From positions 1-54,924 of the forward strand of contig DYDE01000006.1 in assembly GCA_020718065.1 (NCBI GenBank): a DNA stretch of 54,924 nt, given 5' to 3'. Source of the DNA: Marinifilum sp. GTDB lineage: Bacteria; Bacteroidota; Bacteroidia; Bacteroidales; CG2-30-32-10. Each line of letters starts with the position of its first letter. Within the stretch, counting starts at the first letter, position 1. Below the pieces are notes generated by a model. It had not been told where the DNA came from. It worked only from the letters and a program-made list of their open reading frames with translations, and did no database searches. Both the position numbers and the translations under genes were made by a program. Below are positions 51,293 through 54,924 of this stretch, piece after piece.

Positions 51293-53401
51293 TTATTTAA
51301 TTTCAGGAATCAACTCTTTCTTTATAATTGGTTCCTGAGGAACAGGTGTGTAATTTATTTTGGTTCCATCCCACCACATCGGTTGTGCTGCGTTTTTTGT
51401 ATCACTTTCGTTAAACATAAAATTATTTAAATTCTTGTCGAATTTCGTATCCATTATTTCAACTGGATTGTTTGGATTTTCGTATCCTTTTCGGGTTGCA
51501 ACAGCTATCCAGGTAAAAACAACATTTGATTTTCCGTCATTATTTTCAGCTACCGAAAATCCATCTCCCTTGATTTCCTCTATATAAATACTGTTTGACT
51601 TTCCTATTGGAGTAACGGTAACAATAATAGGATCCTTATCAGAAATCATGCTTTGGTAATTGGGGTCGAATTTGATCTCTGCTTTCCCATTTACCAATTG
51701 TCCTTTTCCTTTCATATATACATCCACCGTCATGGATGTGGCAACATAGGTAGCAAAACGTTGTTCGCTTCCATTATTGTTTAATTGAGTAATCACCTCA
51801 TTGGTATAAGATTTTCCATCAACATACAAGCTCATTCTATCACCTTTGATGATAGATCCATAAACCTGACCTCTGAACCATGAGCCCATCAGGGAACCAA
51901 CACCTGCAACACCAATACCTGCAGACGTATTTGATTTTCCACCTCCATTTGCATAGGCTGTTGACCCGTAAACACCGTATTTAATGCCAGCACTCGATTT
52001 ATATCCCAATGTTCCCCAATACACTCCATTTACATCACCTCCAAAAACACCGCCACACCGAGTATAATCGTCATAATTAAAGCCACCAACAGCAAAGGAA
52101 TAAACATCGCCATACAAGTTAATTCCAGAAATGGCATTATTAACAGAAGTCGAAGAATAATTCGATCCGTTGTTTTGGCTATCTCTGTCTCTAAAACTCA
52201 TAATGGTAGCTTGTCCGGTCCCAACTGAAGTTAATTGTTTGCGATAAACAAACAATTGAGATCTGGTAAATATTCCGTAATTTATACTTATGCCGGTTCC
52301 GTTGTCCTGAATCAGAGAATTTCCAAGAACAGATCCACCAGTTGTCCATTTTACCATATAATTTGCAGTTCCTGTTCCGGTCACACCAGTAGGAGTTTGC
52401 CAAGAAGCCAATCCACTTGCGTCAGAAGTTAAAATTTTACCATTTCCGGGGGTACCCCCGGTTATTTTTAGCTGACCATTTACTTCTAATTTTGCACCGG
52501 GAGTTGAAGTACCAATTCCCACATTAGCACCATTATCAAAAATAGTAGAAGTTACCAAAGCAGTTCCATTCCATTTGGATATATAGTTTGCTGTATTTGC
52601 TCCAACTTTAGGGTCCAATTCAGTAAAAGAAGTAAGATATCCGGCAAGTGCATGGTTTCCCCAACCATAGGCTGTATTCCAGTTGTTGATATTTGAAGCT
52701 GTTATTCCATTGGCCACGTGTGAAGTAGTCATAGCATCTGTTATACCATAACCTGAAACAGTGGTAGGTTTGTTGGTAAGGTTATTAAAGTGGAGTTGAG
52801 AATTTCCGCCCGTTTGCATATTTGTTTTGGTATAATAATTTGTTGAAACAGTGCTCCAAACAGGATCAGTTTCTGTATAGGATGTTAAATATCCCTCACT
52901 AGCATGATTACCCCAACCATAAGCTGTATTCCAATTGGCAATATTTAAAGCTGGCAGGTTGCTTAAATTATTATAATCTGCGGTTTCGGCTGTTTTTGCA
53001 TTCAGCGAATAAGGTACCGATAGCAATTGATTTGTTCCTGTGATGGTATAATTGGTTCCTCCAGTTGGGTCGGTTTCTGTTTTAATAAAATAGGGACCGT
53101 TTACCCAATTAATTGTAGAAAATCCTGCACCTCCGCCAATTTCAATACCTACCAAACCATTGGCATTGGTTGTTGGGGTTTGGGTTTCGGAATAGACTTC
53201 TGTTCCTGTAGCAGAACCTTGCAGTATGCTAATCTTCATCCCTACACTATGTGAAACAACCAAAGCATTGCTACTATTGCGTATTACTGCCTGGTAGCTC
53301 ATTTTTTGCGGACTTTGCGCCTGGGTAGGTGAAAGGTAAAAGGCAAAAGGTAAAAGTAATATAGCAAGGATCAATCTCAATTGGGTCGTTTTTTTTATCA
53401 T
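51293..53401 (-). CDS. Secreted fibre-like protein: QSPQKMSYQAVIRN..LLSVPY N-module, NWNTAYGWGNHA/ETDP repeats, NVGIGTSTP, Gly-rich beta region, tail-fibre-like C-domain
   Basis: ORF track 51293-53440; Met at 53401 gives a clean signal peptide; motifs typical of Bacteroidota tail-fibre-like proteins. Confidence 0.78.
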   Translation of the reverse strand: MIKKTTQLRLILAILLLPFAFYLSPTQAQSPQKMSYQAVIRNSSNALVVSHSVGMKISILQGSATGTEVYSETQTPTTNANGLVGIEIGGGAGFSTINWVNGPYFIKTETDPTGGTNYTITGTNQLLSVPYSLNAKTAETADYNNLSNLPALNIANWNTAYGWGNHASEGYLTSYTETDPVWSTVSTNYYTKTNMQTGGNSQLHFNNLTNKPTTVSGYGITDAMTTSHVANGITASNINNWNTAYGWGNHALAGYLTSFTELDPKVGANTANYISKWNGTALVTSTIFDNGANVGIGTSTPGAKLEVNGQLKITGGTPGNGKILTSDASGLASWQTPTGVTGTGTANYMVKWTTGGSVLGNSLIQDNGTGISINYGIFTRSQLFVYRKQLTSVGTGQATIMSFRDRDSQNNGSNYSSTSVNNAISGINLYGDVYSFAVGGFNYDDYTRCGGVFGGDVNGVYWGTLGYKSSAGIKYGVYGSTAYANGGGKSNTSAGIGVAGVGSLMGSWFRGQVYGSIIKGDRMSLYVDGKSYTNEVITQLNNNGSEQRFATYVATSMTVDVYMKGKGQLVNGKAEIKFDPNYQSMISDKDPIIVTVTPIGKSNSIYIEEIKGDGFSVAENNDGKSNVVFTWIAVATRKGYENPNNPVEIMDTKFDKNLNNFMFNESDTKNAAQPMWWDGTKINYTPVPQEPIIKKELIPEIK
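52998..53387. repeat. 390-bp exact direct repeat, copy 1 (copy 2 = 54535-54924)
   Basis: Base-by-base identity at offset 1537. Confidence 0.95.
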
Positions 53402-53463
53402 ATTTATTAATTTTATTTTGTTTACATTAATTTTATACATAATTATTACTCATAAATTAACAT

Positions 53464-53494
53464 TTTTTAATGAGTTAGAAAACTCCACTAAAAA
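53464..53494. other. Hairpin immediately 3' of the putative VR/IMH
   Basis: ttttta-at-gagtt-agaa-aactc-c-ac-taaaaa (plus strand). Confidence 0.55.
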
Positions 53495-53495
53495 G

Positions 53496-53625
53496 TTAAA
53501 AAGCCCGAACAGCACGCACACGGAAAGTGGTGGCCTTAAGGTAGAGGCTCTGGCCGCCAGAGCCGAAGTTCCATACCCACGCGTCGTTGTCATTGTATTC
53601 GCTGGAACTCCAATAGTAGACATTA
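53496..53625 (-). other. Putative DGR variable region (VR) with GC-rich 3' IMH-like end
   Basis: YYWSSSEY..AW..NF..G....K....VRAVRAF; 67 of 120 nt are G/C and 19 of 40 codons end in C, in an AT-rich gene. Confidence 0.75.
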
Positions 53626-54924
53626 GCAAAACCACCAACCGCAACTTTTTGAGCATATAATAAATTTAGTTCATATTTTGAAGGCAAGTACCAATCGCCA
53701 TAAGTCACGCCACCAACAGTTACTGAATAATCGGCACAAACTTTTGCTGCAAAATTGCCAGGTTGGTTATCTGCCATTTGGGTAGCTATTATTATAGCTG
53801 TATTCATTGCACCTGCATACAATCCGTCTCCGGTTGTACCTGTATATCTATTCCTGGTATTGTACCATTGTATACCTCCACTTTGGTCAGTTGTAGCTGC
53901 TATTAATCCGTGTTGCCCTGTGGCATCTAACCAAAATATAATACCACCTTGGTAGTTTTGACCAATAGTAAGAGTTGTTGCTCCTGTTACATTTACCACA
54001 TAAGGGCTTGCAGTTGTTCCACTTCCTGTTATATTTATATTAGTTCCGGAATTTATTTTGGTCTCGGAGCCATCAGTAGTTGGTTTATTGCTTAAGTCGT
54101 TGTAGTTGCCACTGGTTGCAATGGTTGCAAATGTTGGTTTTTCTGTTACATCAGTCCATGATGGAACCCAAGATATTGGGCGATATAAACCTGCATGATT
54201 ACCCCAGCCATAAGTGGTATTCCAATTGGTAATATTTGTTGCGCTTATTCCATTAGCAGGATGAGCTGTAAAGATAGGGTCTGTTTCTGTAAAACTTGTT
54301 AAATATCCAGCAGCAGCATGATTTCCCCAACTATAAGCAGTGTTCCAGTTAGAAATATTTGTAGCACTAATTCCGTTAGCAGGCGATGCTTCAAAGAGGG
54401 GATCAGTTTCTGTATAACTAGTCAAGTATCCTGCTGAAGCATGATTACCCCATCCATATGCTGTATTCCAATTGGCAATATTTAAGGTGGGCAGGTTGGT
54501 TAAATTATTATAATCTGCGGTTTCAGCAGTTTTGGCATTCAGCGAATAAGGTACCGATAGCAATTGATTTGTTCCTGTGATGGTATAATTGGTTCCTCCA
54601 GTTGGGTCGGTTTCTGTTTTAATAAAATAGGGACCGTTTACCCAATTAATTGTAGAAAATCCTGCACCTCCGCCAATTTCAATACCTACCAAACCATTGG
54701 CATTGGTTGTTGGGGTTTGGGTTTCGGAATAGACTTCTGTTCCTGTAGCAGAACCTTGCAGTATGCTAATCTTCATCCCTACACTATGTGAAACAACCAA
54801 AGCATTGCTACTATTGCGTATTACTGCCTGGTAGCTCATTTTTTGCGGACTTTGCGCCTGGGTAGGTGAAAGGTAAAAGGCAAAAGGTAAAAGTAATATA
54901 GCAAGGATCAATCTCAATTGGGTC
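53496..54924 (-). CDS. Secreted fibre-like protein with C-terminal DUF1566/Lcl (CLec-fold) domain; likely DGR target; 5' end cut by the window edge
   Basis: Same N-module as the neighbour; IGQNYQGGIIF..GQHGLIAA; DWYLPSKYELNLLY; YWSSSE; VRAVRAF. Confidence 0.85.
   Translation of the reverse strand, partial: TQLRLILAILLLPFAFYLSPTQAQSPQKMSYQAVIRNSSNALVVSHSVGMKISILQGSATGTEVYSETQTPTTNANGLVGIEIGGGAGFSTINWVNGPYFIKTETDPTGGTNYTITGTNQLLSVPYSLNAKTAETADYNNLTNLPTLNIANWNTAYGWGNHASAGYLTSYTETDPLFEASPANGISATNISNWNTAYSWGNHAAAGYLTSFTETDPIFTAHPANGISATNITNWNTTYGWGNHAGLYRPISWVPSWTDVTEKPTFATIATSGNYNDLSNKPTTDGSETKINSGTNINITGSGTTASPYVVNVTGATTLTIGQNYQGGIIFWLDATGQHGLIAATTDQSGGIQWYNTRNRYTGTTGDGLYAGAMNTAIIIATQMADNQPGNFAAKVCADYSVTVGGVTYGDWYLPSKYELNLLYAQKVAVGGFANVYYWSSSEYNDNDAWVWNFGSGGQSLYLKATTFRVRAVRAF
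54535..54924. repeat. 390-bp exact direct repeat, copy 2
   Basis: Identical to 52998-53387; runs off the window end. Confidence 0.95.

Noticed and set aside
3375-54791. Numerous short antisense or nested ORFs in the track (e.g. 3375-3602, 12590-12868, 34429-34815, 53418-53660)
   Set aside because: They lie antisense to or within well-supported genes and have no motifs; shadow ORFs
1-54924. DGR template repeat, reverse transcriptase, avd, integrase or transposase; tRNA/rRNA
   Set aside because: No second copy of the VR, no AAC-rich template, and no RT or recombinase motifs were found by eye in the ORF set; no structural RNA gene recognised
51293-54924. Prophage tail module
   Set aside because: The proteins carry Sec signal peptides, and no capsid, terminase, baseplate or integrase genes are nearby

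Overview
AT-rich Bacteroidota (probably Bacteroidales) chromosomal segment, judged from SusC/SusD, T9SS C-terminal domains and TAnnTTTG promoters. Positions ~1.3-31.7 kb hold mostly housekeeping and envelope genes: beta-barrel, T9SS repeat protein, susC/susD, PadR-PspC, carboxyltransferase + BCCP, rsgA, dtd, MazG-like, rnz, sucD, secDF, a frameshifted cupin, Usp, MFS, LOG, AraC + B12 radical SAM and an ABC exporter. Positions ~31.9-51.2 kb are accessory: mostly stand-alone minus-strand genes with decayed attC-like boundaries, plus a 1733-aa T9SS NHL-repeat protein. At the right end, two tandem secreted fibre-like genes share a 390-bp identical 5' module but have different C-termini. One ends in a DUF1566/CLec-like domain whose last ~120 nt look like a diversity-generating retroelement (DGR) variable region; no template repeat or reverse transcriptase was seen in the window. 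The non-coding DNA holds two unexplained palindromic tandem arrays with compensatory base changes: a 42-bp x6 array at 740-975 and a 41-bp x~15 array at 45995-46620 with a satellite at 51152-51251. It also holds a cluster of REP-like hairpins and an 8/16-bp repeat element. No rRNA, tRNA or CRISPR array was seen. All family assignments are by motif recognition, not database search.
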